Shown piece by piece: positions 55,318 through 64,000 of a DNA stretch of 64,000 nt; the first letter of the stretch is position 1, and each line of letters begins with the position of its first letter. The position numbers and the translations under genes were made by a program. Location of the stretch: positions 155,278-219,277 of the forward strand of contig JAOZFN010000007.1 in assembly GCA_027492205.1 (NCBI GenBank), in the 5' to 3' direction. The notes below the pieces were generated by a model. It searched no databases, was not told the DNA's origin, and was given only the letters and a program-made list of their open reading frames with translations. This stretch comes from Thermoproteota archaeon. GTDB taxonomy: Archaea; Korarchaeota; Korarchaeia; Korarchaeales; Korarchaeaceae.

Positions 55318-57207
55318 TCATCCCTCCCTGACGATGGCCCCGGTCGGGCACACCTGGGCGCAGATGGTGCAGCCTGTGCACTTGTCCTCGTAGATGAACG
55401 CCTTGTTGAGTTCCTCGTCGAAACCGAGGGCCGGGCAGCCCGTCTTGATGCACTCCTTGCACCCCACGCAGGCGGACGGGTTGACGGTCATCGGCCTGGG
55501 ACGGAGCCCCTTCCTACGGAGCCGCCTCAGTACCTGCAGGGTGCACTCCGCCCGGAACACGAGGACTGCCGGCAGTCCGGATGATTCGGCTGACCTGATG
55601 GCCTCTACCACGGCCTCCTCCGCCGCCTTGAGGTTGTAAGGGCTCAGAACCCGCACGAAAGGTATCTGGAAGGCCTTGGCCACGTCCTCCGGCTTGAGGA
55701 CCGGCGCCTGATCCCCGATCGCGTTGACTCCGGACGTGGGGCTAGGCTGGTGTCCAGTCATGCAGGTCCACCTGTTGTCGAAGACCGCCACGACTATGGG
55801 GGCCCTGTTGACGACCGCATTCACCAGCGCCGGGAGCCCACCGTGGAAGAATGTGGAGTCTCCTATCACGGCCACCACCGGCCTGGTCTCGCCCGCCTTC
55901 TTCGCGGCGGCGGCCATGGCGATGCTGGACCCCATCGCTATGCAGGTGTCGATGGCGTCTAGGGGAGGATTCGATCCCTGGTTGTAGCACCCCCTGTCCC
56001 CGAAGACGAGCCCATCGACGCCCAGCCGTGCGAACGCGGCCTTAATCGAGAGGTAAGACCCCCTATGAGGACATCCGGCGCACATCTGGGGGATCCTCCT
56101 CCCCACGGAGGAGGAAACCTCATCCGAGGTGGTGAGCGTCAGGGCGGGGTAGTTCACATCAAATAGATCGCTCAGAACCCTACCGACGAGTTCGGGGCTG
56201 TACTCTCCATACCTCGGGAGGTGGCCCGTGTTCTTGCCGTAGATCTCCACCCCCACCCCGTTGAGCTTGGCAATCCTGATTACCTGATCCTCCAAAAAGG
56301 GCTCGAGTTCCTCCAAGACAACAACCTTGTCGACGGAGCGGAGGAAGTCCAGAACAGGCCCCTCAGGGATGGGATACTGGCCGATCAGCTTCAAGACCGG
56401 CACCTTCTTCAGTAGACCCTCCGCGGCCAGGACGTCCATCGCGTAATTGTGCGGAACCCCTGTGGTGATTAGCCCCCAGACGCCGCTGTCCGGCCCGAAC
56501 CTCTGAACGAAGGGCTCGCCCTCAAACACCTTTTCTACCCTCTCCAGTCTCTCGAAGAGCTTCGGAATGTTGGCCCTCGCGTGAGGGGCTATGCTGACGA
56601 GCCGGGGGTGATCTTTGGGGAAGTTGGGCTTCCTCTTCTCCAGCCTGAGCGGTCCCAGCCGGACTGGGGCCTTGGAGTGAGCCACCGCCGCCGTGTATCT
56701 GAACAGCACGGGCGTCTTCATCTCTTCGGAGAGGTCCATGGCCCAGACGATGAGGTCCTTGGCCTCTGCGGGGTCTGACGGTTCCACCACTGGAATGTTT
56801 ACTATCCTCCCGTGAAACCTCGTGTCCACGGAGCTCTGAGAGCTGTGCGGGTGTGGATCGTCGGCCGAGACTATGACGAGGCCCGCGTCCACCCCAGTTA
56901 TGGCCGCCACCGCGAGCGGGTCCAGGATCCAGTGCGTACCCAGGTGCTTCATTACGGTCATGGACCTCAGTCCTGCGAGGGCCGCCGAGTAGGCGGCCTC
57001 GAAGGCGACCTTCTCGTTCGTCGACCACTCGACGTAGATTCCCGCCTTGCTGGCAACTCTCGAGAGGTTCGCGAGCACCTCGCTGCTGGGGGTTCCCGGG
57101 TACGCCGTGACGAACTGAGCTCCGGCCTCTAGGGCGCCCCGAGCAATGGCCTCATTGCCCATCATTAGGGCGACCTTCTCTCCCTCCTCCAGCAGGATTG
57201 CGGCCAT
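55318..57207 (-). CDS. iorA: Indolepyruvate:ferredoxin oxidoreductase alpha subunit
   Basis: GNEAIARGA, YPGTPS, NEKVA, CAGCPH, GDSTFFH, MTGHQP, two C-terminal 4Fe-4S motifs; SD AGGTGA. Confidence 0.94.
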   Translation of the reverse strand: MAAILLEEGEKVALMMGNEAIARGALEAGAQFVTAYPGTPSSEVLANLSRVASKAGIYVEWSTNEKVAFEAAYSAALAGLRSMTVMKHLGTHWILDPLAVAAITGVDAGLVIVSADDPHPHSSQSSVDTRFHGRIVNIPVVEPSDPAEAKDLIVWAMDLSEEMKTPVLFRYTAAVAHSKAPVRLGPLRLEKRKPNFPKDHPRLVSIAPHARANIPKLFERLERVEKVFEGEPFVQRFGPDSGVWGLITTGVPHNYAMDVLAAEGLLKKVPVLKLIGQYPIPEGPVLDFLRSVDKVVVLEELEPFLEDQVIRIAKLNGVGVEIYGKNTGHLPRYGEYSPELVGRVLSDLFDVNYPALTLTTSDEVSSSVGRRIPQMCAGCPHRGSYLSIKAAFARLGVDGLVFGDRGCYNQGSNPPLDAIDTCIAMGSSIAMAAAAKKAGETRPVVAVIGDSTFFHGGLPALVNAVVNRAPIVVAVFDNRWTCMTGHQPSPTSGVNAIGDQAPVLKPEDVAKAFQIPFVRVLSPYNLKAAEEAVVEAIRSAESSGLPAVLVFRAECTLQVLRRLRRKGLRPRPMTVNPSACVGCKECIKTGCPALGFDEELNKAFIYEDKCTGCTICAQVCPTGAIVREG

Positions 57208-57254
57208 TGCCATCACCTTAGCGCAATTTTTTAGGCGATTGCCAAACATCGTTG

Positions 57255-57376
57255 GTTTATTAAACTTTACGGTCCTAGAATCAGTGCAAGAGTGACGGGA
57301 TATAGGTCCAATAGCCCGGCGATTTATCCGGCTAGCTCCAGATCAAATAAATGTTGACTATCGAGCGTTTACTATC
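57255..57376 (-). promoter_or_regulatory. AT-rich promoter region of the iorA-gatE run, with a direct repeat
   Basis: GTTTAATAAAC TATA-like palindrome (57255-57265) and GATAGT(A/C)AAC direct repeat (57353-57376). Confidence 0.5.
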
Positions 57377-57386
57377 CAAAGGGCGC

Positions 57387-58187
57387 CTACAAGGACGCTC
57401 TCAGCCGCTCGACCAGTTCACCGATCTCTGGGAGCTTGGATACCACTAACCCGACGTTGGAAAGTTTTGCAAGCCTCACCGCAAGCGGGTCGACCGAGTC
57501 GGGCTTTAGGCCGTGGAGGACTACGAGAGCTGGCCTCACGTCGAACACCCTTATCGCCACCATCGGCGACCTGCCCGTGGAGACCTTCGTGAATATGAGG
57601 GCCCTCTCGGTGGACGAGCCAAAGAGCCTCATGAAGTCCGCCCCGGAGAGAGTTTCTATGGCCTTCACGCTGTCTATAACCGTATAGCCGTAGATGTACT
57701 TGGATCCCTCCGGCTCCACCAGGGCTTCGCCCTCTATGACCTCCACGAACTTTCCCGTCTCTACTGGGGCGGCGAGCTCCCTTATGTCGACTACGCTCAC
57801 CAGCATGTCCGAGATGCCCAGGGTTCTCGCCAGGGTCTTAATCGTCGTTCCTCCCCTTCTCTCGTCAAGTTCCAGCAGGGCCTCAACGAACCTCCGCAGG
57901 ACGAGAGAGCCGGGGCTTCTCCTCCTCCCCGATTCATAGTCAGATATTACGGAGGCAGACACCTCCAGCGCCCTGGCGAGCTCGCTCTGCTTGATTCCAA
58001 AGTACTGCCTCCACTTCCTCATTGCGAGCCCGATGTCGCTGGAGAACAGTATATCTCCCGCTATCTTCTTGGCGATAGTCTCCCTCAGTATGCGCCTGTG
58101 ATAAGATGCGACGACCTCCTCTGAGGAGCCACCCTCGGACAAAAGCACCACCTTTCCAATAGCTCGATGGCAGATCTCTCCGATCAT
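57387..58187 (-). CDS. XRE-family HTH transcriptional regulator (COG1709-like)
   Basis: KIAGDI, RKWR..FG..Q.ELA, SVISDYESGRRRSPG, GYTVIDS, STGRSPMVAIR. Start position uncertain. Confidence 0.88.
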   Translation of the reverse strand: MIGEICHRAIGKVVLLSEGGSSEEVVASYHRRILRETIAKKIAGDILFSSDIGLAMRKWRQYFGIKQSELARALEVSASVISDYESGRRRSPGSLVLRRFVEALLELDERRGGTTIKTLARTLGISDMLVSVVDIRELAAPVETGKFVEVIEGEALVEPEGSKYIYGYTVIDSVKAIETLSGADFMRLFGSSTERALIFTKVSTGRSPMVAIRVFDVRPALVVLHGLKPDSVDPLAVRLAKLSNVGLVVSKLPEIGELVERLRASL

Positions 58188-58237
58188 TTATAAAGCGTTC
58201 ATCGACATCGACCGTCGTCGTTGTCCTCAGGGGCATG

Positions 58238-58603
58238 TCAGGGATCGTTTCGGAAGTCCGTTAGCTTCATCAGAAGTCGAGTGAGTTCTCCTCGATTCAC
58301 TACCCTCTCACGGACTTTCCCCTCCGCCTCCGCAATCTCTTTGGCTATCAGGTGGTAACAGTAGGGCCGGCCCCTTCGGAGGAGGGCCTCAATGTAGAAG
58401 TCGGTGCACGTGCAGAAGTAGTCCCCCAACACCAAGTAGGCGCCCCGCTCCCCCTCCACAACCCACGCCTTGAAGCCCTCGGTCGAGGATATCCTTATCA
58501 CGCGGCCCTCTTCGACGGCCCTGATGGCCTTAACCGCGCTCTCGGGAGGGAGAAGCCGCAGGAGCTCTCTAGATCCATCCTGTCTACGGGGGGCGCGCCT
58601 CAG
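58238..58603 (-). CDS. SWIM zinc-finger protein
   Basis: YFCTCTDF...CYH SWIM motif, KAIRAVEEGRV. Start uncertain (CTG at 58603 behind GGTGA). Confidence 0.72.
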   Translation of the reverse strand: MRRAPRRQDGSRELLRLLPPESAVKAIRAVEEGRVIRISSTEGFKAWVVEGERGAYLVLGDYFCTCTDFYIEALLRRGRPYCYHLIAKEIAEAEGKVRERVVNRGELTRLLMKLTDFRNDP

Positions 58604-59377
58604 TTGAGGATCACCATGCTGAAGGAGGAGCCGGCGTTGGTTTTTACTGTTGGAGACCGAAGGCTGCTGGTAGTCGCGGACCTCCACCTTGGACTTGAGG
58701 ACGAACTCGCGGCGAAGGGGGTGAGCACCCCTGGACTGTCGGCGAGAATATCTAGGCGGCTGGTAAACTTGGTTGATCGAGTGGATCCCGAGGAATTGGT
58801 GATCCTCGGAGATTTGAAACACGGCGTGGGTCCGCCAAGCAAGTCGACTCAGCTGGTCATAGAGGAACTCGTGTCAGACCTGCTCAAGCGGGGGGTGGAG
58901 CTCACACTGGTCAAGGGGAACCACGACGGAGGGATCGAGAACTACCTCCCCACGCGTGTGAAGATCGTCGGGCCGCGTGGATTCAGGGTGGGGGAGGCTG
59001 GGCTCTTTCACGGGCATTCTTGGCCGGCGGAGGAGGTTCTAGCGGCCGAACTGATCCTGGCCGGTCACGTTCACCCGGCAGCCAGGGTTAGAGATCCGAA
59101 CACGGGCAGAAAGAGGGTCGTCAGAGTCTGGGTCATCTCCTCCCCCGAGGAAGCCGAATCGGCTGAGACGCGAGATGTTGTCGGGGCCCGCTTGGTGCTT
59201 ATGCCCGCCTATAACCAGTTCGTAGGCTTTGGACTGGTTGAGTTCCAGGGCTCAAAGAGGACCTTTGGCCCTTTGTCGAGGCTCATCTCGGATCGAGGGG
59301 TCGCTCACGTACTGGCACTCGACGGCACGTACCTGGGAACTCTTAGAGACCAGAGAGGGAGCCGGGAAAAAGGTTAA
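58604..59377 (+). CDS. ICC-like metallophosphoesterase (COG1407-like)
   Basis: ADLHLG, LGDLKH, GNHD, HGH, GHVHP, MPAYN; start TTG 58604 or ATG 58616. Confidence 0.88.
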   Translation: MRITMLKEEPALVFTVGDRRLLVVADLHLGLEDELAAKGVSTPGLSARISRRLVNLVDRVDPEELVILGDLKHGVGPPSKSTQLVIEELVSDLLKRGVELTLVKGNHDGGIENYLPTRVKIVGPRGFRVGEAGLFHGHSWPAEEVLAAELILAGHVHPAARVRDPNTGRKRVVRVWVISSPEEAESAETRDVVGARLVLMPAYNQFVGFGLVEFQGSKRTFGPLSRLISDRGVAHVLALDGTYLGTLRDQRGSREKG

Positions 59378-59412
59378 TATCGCAGTGTCCAGTCTGGGCG
59401 GAAGGGATAGGG

Positions 59413-60807
59413 CTGGCTCCGGAGTACGACGTCGTCATTGTGGGAGCTGGTCCCACGGGACTCTTTGCGGCCCACGAGATCAAAAGGAGGGCGCCAGAGT
59501 CCAGAGTGCTAGTGGTTGAGATGGGCCCCGACCTCGCCGGGCGCCGCTGCCCCGCCCAGTCCACAGGCAAGTGTGTGCTCTGCCCAACCTGCGCCGTGGT
59601 GTCTGGCTTCGGAGGGGCCGGCGCCTTCAGCGACGGTAAGCTCAACCTAACTGAGAGAGTTGGCGGAGAGCTCGCGGACTACCTTGACGGAGGTCAGGTG
59701 CGTGAACTCATCTCCTACGTGGACTCGGTCTACCTAGAGCTCGGGGCTCCTGACCGGGTCTACGGAACGGACGATAAAGCCATAGCGGAACTCAAGAGGA
59801 AGGCCTACAGGCAGGGATTCCTCCTCATCCCGTTCAGGATAAGGCATATGGGAAGCGACGGCGGATACAGGGTGCTTCAGAACTTCAGGAAGCTGCTGGA
59901 GGAGCTGGGCGTTGAGTTCAGGTTTGGAACCCCCGTAGAGAGAGTAGAGGTCGAGGACGGGAGGGTGAGGGGGGTCGCCCTGGCCGGGGGGGAGTTCCTC
60001 CCAAGCAGATACGTGGTTGTCGCCCCAGGAAGGGTGGGCGCGAACTGGCTCGTCTCGGAGGCCAGGAGGTTGGGCATGAGGGTGGAGTCCGGGAGGGTCG
60101 ACATAGGCGTCAGGGTAGAGGTCCTGGCTGAGGTCATGAGGGAGTTCACCGACGTCCTCTACGAGCCCAAGCTAGTCTACTACACCAAGACCTTCGACGA
60201 CAAGGTCCGCGTGTTCTGCGTCAACCCAGGGGGGTTCGTCGTCACGGAGTCCTACTGGGGGATCGTAACGGTCAACGGGGCGGCCAGGGAGGACTCAAAG
60301 ACCGACAACACGAACTTCGCGCTGCTAGTCTCGGTGAAGTTCACCGAGCCCTACAAGGATTCGATCTCCTACGCGCTCGACATAGCTAAGCTGGCTAACA
60401 ACATCGCCGACAACCAGCCAATCATCCAGAGGCTGGGAGACCTCCTCAGGGGCAGGAGGTCTACCCCGGCGCGGATCTCCAGGAGCGTGGTGGAGCCCAC
60501 CTTGGGAGGGGCGGTCCCGGGAGACCTGAGCTTCGTGTACCCCTACCGGTACCTAATTGACATTCTAGAGACCCTACAGGCCCTGAACAACGTGATGCCT
60601 GGGATATACTCGGATCACACGCTCCTGTACGGCGTCGAGATCAAGCTCCACACCGCCAAGCTGGACCTGAAGAGGAACCTGGAGAGCAAGACCATTCAGG
60701 GGCTCTACGCCGGGGGAGACGCCGCCGGAGTCTCTCGCGGTCTCATTCAGGCGTCCGCGTCCGGTGTGGTGATCGGAAGGGACGTGGCCCGACGCCTGGC
60801 GGGCTGA
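59413..60807 (+). CDS. FAD-dependent oxidoreductase (COG2509-like), probable CTG start
   Basis: YDVVIVGAGP, CP..C..C..C, GGAGAFSDGKL, DIGVRVE, GDAAG.SRG. Confidence 0.88.
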   Translation: MAPEYDVVIVGAGPTGLFAAHEIKRRAPESRVLVVEMGPDLAGRRCPAQSTGKCVLCPTCAVVSGFGGAGAFSDGKLNLTERVGGELADYLDGGQVRELISYVDSVYLELGAPDRVYGTDDKAIAELKRKAYRQGFLLIPFRIRHMGSDGGYRVLQNFRKLLEELGVEFRFGTPVERVEVEDGRVRGVALAGGEFLPSRYVVVAPGRVGANWLVSEARRLGMRVESGRVDIGVRVEVLAEVMREFTDVLYEPKLVYYTKTFDDKVRVFCVNPGGFVVTESYWGIVTVNGAAREDSKTDNTNFALLVSVKFTEPYKDSISYALDIAKLANNIADNQPIIQRLGDLLRGRRSTPARISRSVVEPTLGGAVPGDLSFVYPYRYLIDILETLQALNNVMPGIYSDHTLLYGVEIKLHTAKLDLKRNLESKTIQGLYAGGDAAGVSRGLIQASASGVVIGRDVARRLAG

Positions 60808-60825
60808 CCGGAGGCTCGTTGAACC

Positions 60826-60833
60826 TTTTTATA
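60826..60833 (+). promoter_or_regulatory. TATA box for the uL14 (spc) operon
   Basis: TTTTTATA preceded by GAACC, 46 nt before the ATG. Confidence 0.6.
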
Positions 60834-60879
60834 GCCGACCCGGGCAGGGGCCCCGAGTTGACACTCTGGAGGGGTGTAA

Positions 60880-61308
60880 ATGGCCCGTAGAGCCGTGAGA
60901 AGGCGGAAGCTAAAGGGCGTAAAGCCGAAGGTATCGCGGGGCCTGCCCGTGATGGCTAAGCTCAAGTGCGCCGACAACACGGGCGCCAGGGTCCTTCAGA
61001 TAATAGGCGTGATTGGTTACAAGGGGAGGAAGGGCAGGCTCCCCTCCGCGAGCGTCGGAGATATGGTTGTGGTGGTGGTCAAGCAGGGCAAGCACGACCT
61101 CCTCCACAAGCCGTTCAAGGCGGTCGTGGTCAGGCAGAGGAAGCCCTTCAGGAGGAAGAGCGGGCAGTGGGTCGTGTTCGAGGACAACGCCGCCATACTG
61201 GTGAACGACGACGGGACGCCAAAGGGAAGCGAGGTCAAGGGGCCAGTCGCCAAGGAGGCCCTCGAGAAGTGGCCGACCCTTAGCGCAGTCTCGATGACGG
61301 TGGTGTGA
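60880..61308 (+). CDS. rpl14p: Ribosomal protein uL14
   Basis: [28 protein letters not shown]. Confidence 0.97.
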   Translation: MARRAVRRRKLKGVKPKVSRGLPVMAKLKCADNTGARVLQIIGVIGYKGRKGRLPSASVGDMVVVVVKQGKHDLLHKPFKAVVVRQRKPFRRKSGQWVVFEDNAAILVNDDGTPKGSEVKGPVAKEALEKWPTLSAVSMTVV

Positions 61309-61311
61309 GGG

Positions 61312-61692
61312 ATGGCGCAGACCAGGGTTACCTCGTCCAAGCCTTCCAAGCAGCGGAAGTTCCTCTACACGGCCCCGCTGCACGTCAGGGCCAAGATTAT
61401 GGCTGCTACGCTCTCGCCCGAACTCAGGGCGAGATACGGGAGGAGATCCTTCCCCGTCAGGAAGGGAGACAAGGTCAGGGTCATGAGGGGGGACTACGCC
61501 GGGCGAGAGGGGAAGATAATCGGCGTCGACAGGGAGAAGTACAGGATACACATAGAGGGCCTGACCAGGAAGAAGGCCGACGGGACCGAGGTCCCCATCC
61601 CCATACACCCCTCCAAGGTCATGATAATCGAACTCGACCTCAGCGACGAGCGGCGGAAGGCCGCGCTCGAGAGGGGAAAGGAGGCTGAGTGA
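61312..61692 (+). CDS. rpl24p: Ribosomal protein uL24
   Basis: PSKQRK..Y.APLH, VRKGD.V.VMRG, IHPSKV. Confidence 0.97.
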   Translation: MAQTRVTSSKPSKQRKFLYTAPLHVRAKIMAATLSPELRARYGRRSFPVRKGDKVRVMRGDYAGREGKIIGVDREKYRIHIEGLTRKKADGTEVPIPIHPSKVMIIELDLSDERRKAALERGKEAE

Positions 61693-61694
61693 TC

Positions 61695-62414
61695 ATGACG
61701 AAGAAGGGCGGAGGAAGGCACCTCAAGAGGATGAAGGCTCCGGGCTACTGGCCCATCGCCAAGAGGGAGTTCAAGTGGACCGTCAAGCCCAGGCCTGGCC
61801 CGCACCCCATTGACAGGGGCATCCCGCTCCTGATCATAGTCAGGGACATGCTCAAGCTAGCCACGACGGCGAGGGAGGCCAAGAGGATAATCCACCAGAA
61901 GGAGATCCTCGTGGACGGCAGGCCGGTCTACGACCACAAGTTCCAGGTTGGGCTCTTGGACACGATAGCAATCCCCAAGGCCGAGATGTACCTCCGCATG
62001 ACCTCCGACCCCACCAAGTTCCTCAGGCTGATCGAGATACCGGAGGAGGAGGTGGAACTCAAGGTTGTGAGGATAAAGAGGAAGACCGCCGCCAAGGGTG
62101 GGAGGATCCAGCTCACGGGCCACGACGGCAGGAACTTCCTCACCGAGCCGGGCGCGGACCTGGCCAAGGTGAGGGTCGGCGACTCCCTCCTCATCAAGGT
62201 GCCCAGCCAAGAGGTCGTCGAGGTACTGCCCCTCCGAGAGGACGCGATCGCTTTGGTCATAAGTGGAAGGCGTGCGGGCCGAATTGGGAAGATAGAGCGC
62301 ATCGCTGAGTTCGTGGAGGTGAGGGACCTCGAGGACCCGAACCTGACGTACAGGGCGCTGAAGGAGAGCCTGATCGTGGTGGGCAGGGAGGCCCCCGTCA
62401 TCAAGGTGAGGTGA
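61695..62414 (+). CDS. rps4e: Ribosomal protein eS4
   Basis: HLKR..AP..W, PRPGPH, PLLIIVRD, HDGRN. Confidence 0.96.
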   Translation: MTKKGGGRHLKRMKAPGYWPIAKREFKWTVKPRPGPHPIDRGIPLLIIVRDMLKLATTAREAKRIIHQKEILVDGRPVYDHKFQVGLLDTIAIPKAEMYLRMTSDPTKFLRLIEIPEEEVELKVVRIKRKTAAKGGRIQLTGHDGRNFLTEPGADLAKVRVGDSLLIKVPSQEVVEVLPLREDAIALVISGRRAGRIGKIERIAEFVEVRDLEDPNLTYRALKESLIVVGREAPVIKVR

Positions 62415-62421
62415 CCAGCCC

Positions 62422-62988
62422 ATGGAGTCCAGCGCGGAGAGGGTCGAAGGGGGCTACGAGGAGAAGTGGAAGAGCAACCCAATGCTTGAGCCGAGGCTCC
62501 TGGCGGTCACGCTCAACATAGCGGTTGGGAGGAGTGGTGAGGTGCTGGAGAGGGCGGCCTCTGTGCTCGAGGAGCTCACGGGTCAGAAGCCGGTACAGAG
62601 GAGGGCCAAGAGAACCATCAAGGAGTTCGGGATCAGGAAGAAGGAGCCCATCGCCGTGTCTGTGACGGTCAGGGGCAAGAAGGCCTATGACCTGCTGGAC
62701 AGGGTCGTGGAGGCAGTCGGCAGGAGAGTCAAGGCCTCGTCCTTCGACGAGTTCGGCAACTTCGCTTTCGGCATCAGGGAGCACATAGACATCCCGGGCA
62801 TGAAGTACAAGGCGGAGGTGGGAGTGTTCGGTATGGACGTCATCGTCACCATGGGCAGGGCTGGCTACAGGGTCGCGAGGAGGAGGCTCAAGAGGAGGAG
62901 GATCCCGAAGAGGCACAGGCTCACCAGGGAGGAGGCCATCGAGTACGTCAGGAAGCGCTTAAAGATCGAGGTGGTCGAGGAGGAGTGA
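62422..62988 (+). CDS. rpl5: Ribosomal protein uL5
   Basis: NPM, TGQKP, FGIRK.EPI, GNFAFGI.EHID.PG. Confidence 0.97.
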   Translation: MESSAERVEGGYEEKWKSNPMLEPRLLAVTLNIAVGRSGEVLERAASVLEELTGQKPVQRRAKRTIKEFGIRKKEPIAVSVTVRGKKAYDLLDRVVEAVGRRVKASSFDEFGNFAFGIREHIDIPGMKYKAEVGVFGMDVIVTMGRAGYRVARRRLKRRRIPKRHRLTREEAIEYVRKRLKIEVVEEE

Positions 62989-63000
62989 GAGGTGTTGAGA

Positions 63001-63165
63001 TTGGCCAAGCCGAAGAAGAGGGTCAGGACGAGGGGAAAGGGCGCTTACGTGTGTAGGAGGTGCGGGAGGGTAGGCTACGGCATCATCAGGAAGTACGGGC
63101 TGTACCTCTGCCGGTCTTGCTTCAGGGAGGTCGCCCCCCTGATGGGGTGGAGGAAGTACGAGTAG
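63001..63165 (+). CDS. rps14: Ribosomal protein uS14 (absent from ORF track, 54 aa)
   Basis: TTG start; GKG...CRRCG...[23 protein letters not shown]. Confidence 0.95.
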   Translation: MAKPKKRVRTRGKGAYVCRRCGRVGYGIIRKYGLYLCRSCFREVAPLMGWRKYE

Positions 63166-63180
63166 TCGGGGGTGTTGCGC

Positions 63181-63573
63181 GTGACTCGGCTGGATCCACT
63201 GGCGGACGCCCTGAGCGCCCTCACAAACGCCTCCAGGCTGGGGAAGCGTGAGGTCGTAGTCCCAATAGCCTCGAAGCTCATCGGGCAGGTGCTGAGGGTC
63301 ATGCAGGAGGAAGGCTACATAGGCGAGTTCGAGTACGTCGACGACGGCAGGGCCGGCAAGTACCGGGTTAAGCTCATCGGGCGGCTCAACAAGGCGGCCG
63401 CTATCAAGCCAAGGTTCTCGGTCAAGAAGGACGAGTTCGAGGACTTCGAGCGGAGGTTCCTGCCCGCATATAACGTCGGCGCCATAGTTGTGTCCACCCC
63501 CAAGGGCGTCATGACCCACCGGAAGGCCAAGGAGCTGGGCATAGGGGGGGTGCTCCTGGCGTACTTCTACTGA
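63181..63573 (+). CDS. rps8: Ribosomal protein uS8
   Basis: [33 protein letters not shown]. Confidence 0.97.
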   Translation: MTRLDPLADALSALTNASRLGKREVVVPIASKLIGQVLRVMQEEGYIGEFEYVDDGRAGKYRVKLIGRLNKAAAIKPRFSVKKDEFEDFERRFLPAYNVGAIVVSTPKGVMTHRKAKELGIGGVLLAYFY

Positions 63574-63589
63574 TGGAGGGTGGTGCCCA

Positions 63590-64000
63590 ATGCCTCATCC
63601 AAAGGTCGCCGTGGAAGTGCTCGTCAAGGAGGTCCCGATAGTGGAGGGGGTGGAGGTCTCCGTAGAGGGGGGCGTTATCAGGGTTAAGGGCCCCCTCGGA
63701 GAGCTGAGCAGGGAGTACGACTCCCGGATGGTGGATGTTGAGGCAGACCAAGAGGAGAAGAAGGTTATTCTCAGGACCTACAACCCGAGGAAGTTTCAGA
63801 GGGCGTACATCGGGACCGTTGCGGCCCACATCAAGAACATGATGAAGGGCGTCACGGAGGGCTTCAAGAAGGAGATGATCGTGGTCTACGCCCACTTCCC
63901 CATCAAGGTGGAGGTGGACGAGAAGAGGAGGCTCGTGCTCATCCACAACTTCCTGGGGGAGAGGAGCCCCCGAGTAGCCAAGATAGTGGGAGACGTCAAG
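63590..64000 (+). CDS. rpl6: Ribosomal protein uL6 (runs off window)
   Basis: VKGPLGELSR, GTVAAHIKNMMKGVTEGF, YAHFP, NFLGERSPR. Confidence 0.95.
   Translation, partial: MPHPKVAVEVLVKEVPIVEGVEVSVEGGVIRVKGPLGELSREYDSRMVDVEADQEEKKVILRTYNPRKFQRAYIGTVAAHIKNMMKGVTEGFKKEMIVVYAHFPIKVEVDEKRRLVLIHNFLGERSPRVAKIVGDVK

Noticed and set aside
58238-58822. Extended N-termini of the SWIM ORF (194 aa) and the phosphoesterase ORF (341 aa)
   Set aside because: Each extension is simply the antisense of the other gene.
1-64000. CRISPR arrays, tRNAs, IS elements, inteins
   Set aside because: None recognised by eye: no periodic repeats, no convincing cloverleaf, and both PolBs and the synthetases lack large insertions.

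Overview
Gene-dense, GC-rich chromosome segment from an archaeon. It is probably TACK-lineage and possibly Korarchaeia (inference from eS26, a PolB1-type polymerase, GatDE, archaeal DnaG and an unlinked 5S rRNA). Content is mostly housekeeping: two separated blocks of the S10/spc ribosomal protein cluster, four aminoacyl-tRNA synthetases, GatDE, pelota, DnaG, two family-B DNA polymerases, the upper mevalonate pathway coupled to IorAB, a fused aconitase-X, GGPP synthase and nucleoside salvage enzymes. I saw no CRISPR array, tRNA, transposase, intein or provirus. The most notable observations are: (1) a PolB with all three proofreading motifs destroyed but intact polymerase motifs and a PIP-like C-terminus; (2) repeated apparent CTG start codons behind good Shine-Dalgarno sites; (3) two unannotated guide-type sRNAs (one C/D, one H/ACA with a K-turn); (4) many full-length enzymes with eroded active sites (SIS, HAD, DHH, TtuA-like, GlcD/GlcF); (5) a probable ~19-kb inversion splitting uS17 from uL14; (6) an orphan VirB2/CedA1-like pilin candidate. 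All calls come from manual motif reading; no searches were run.
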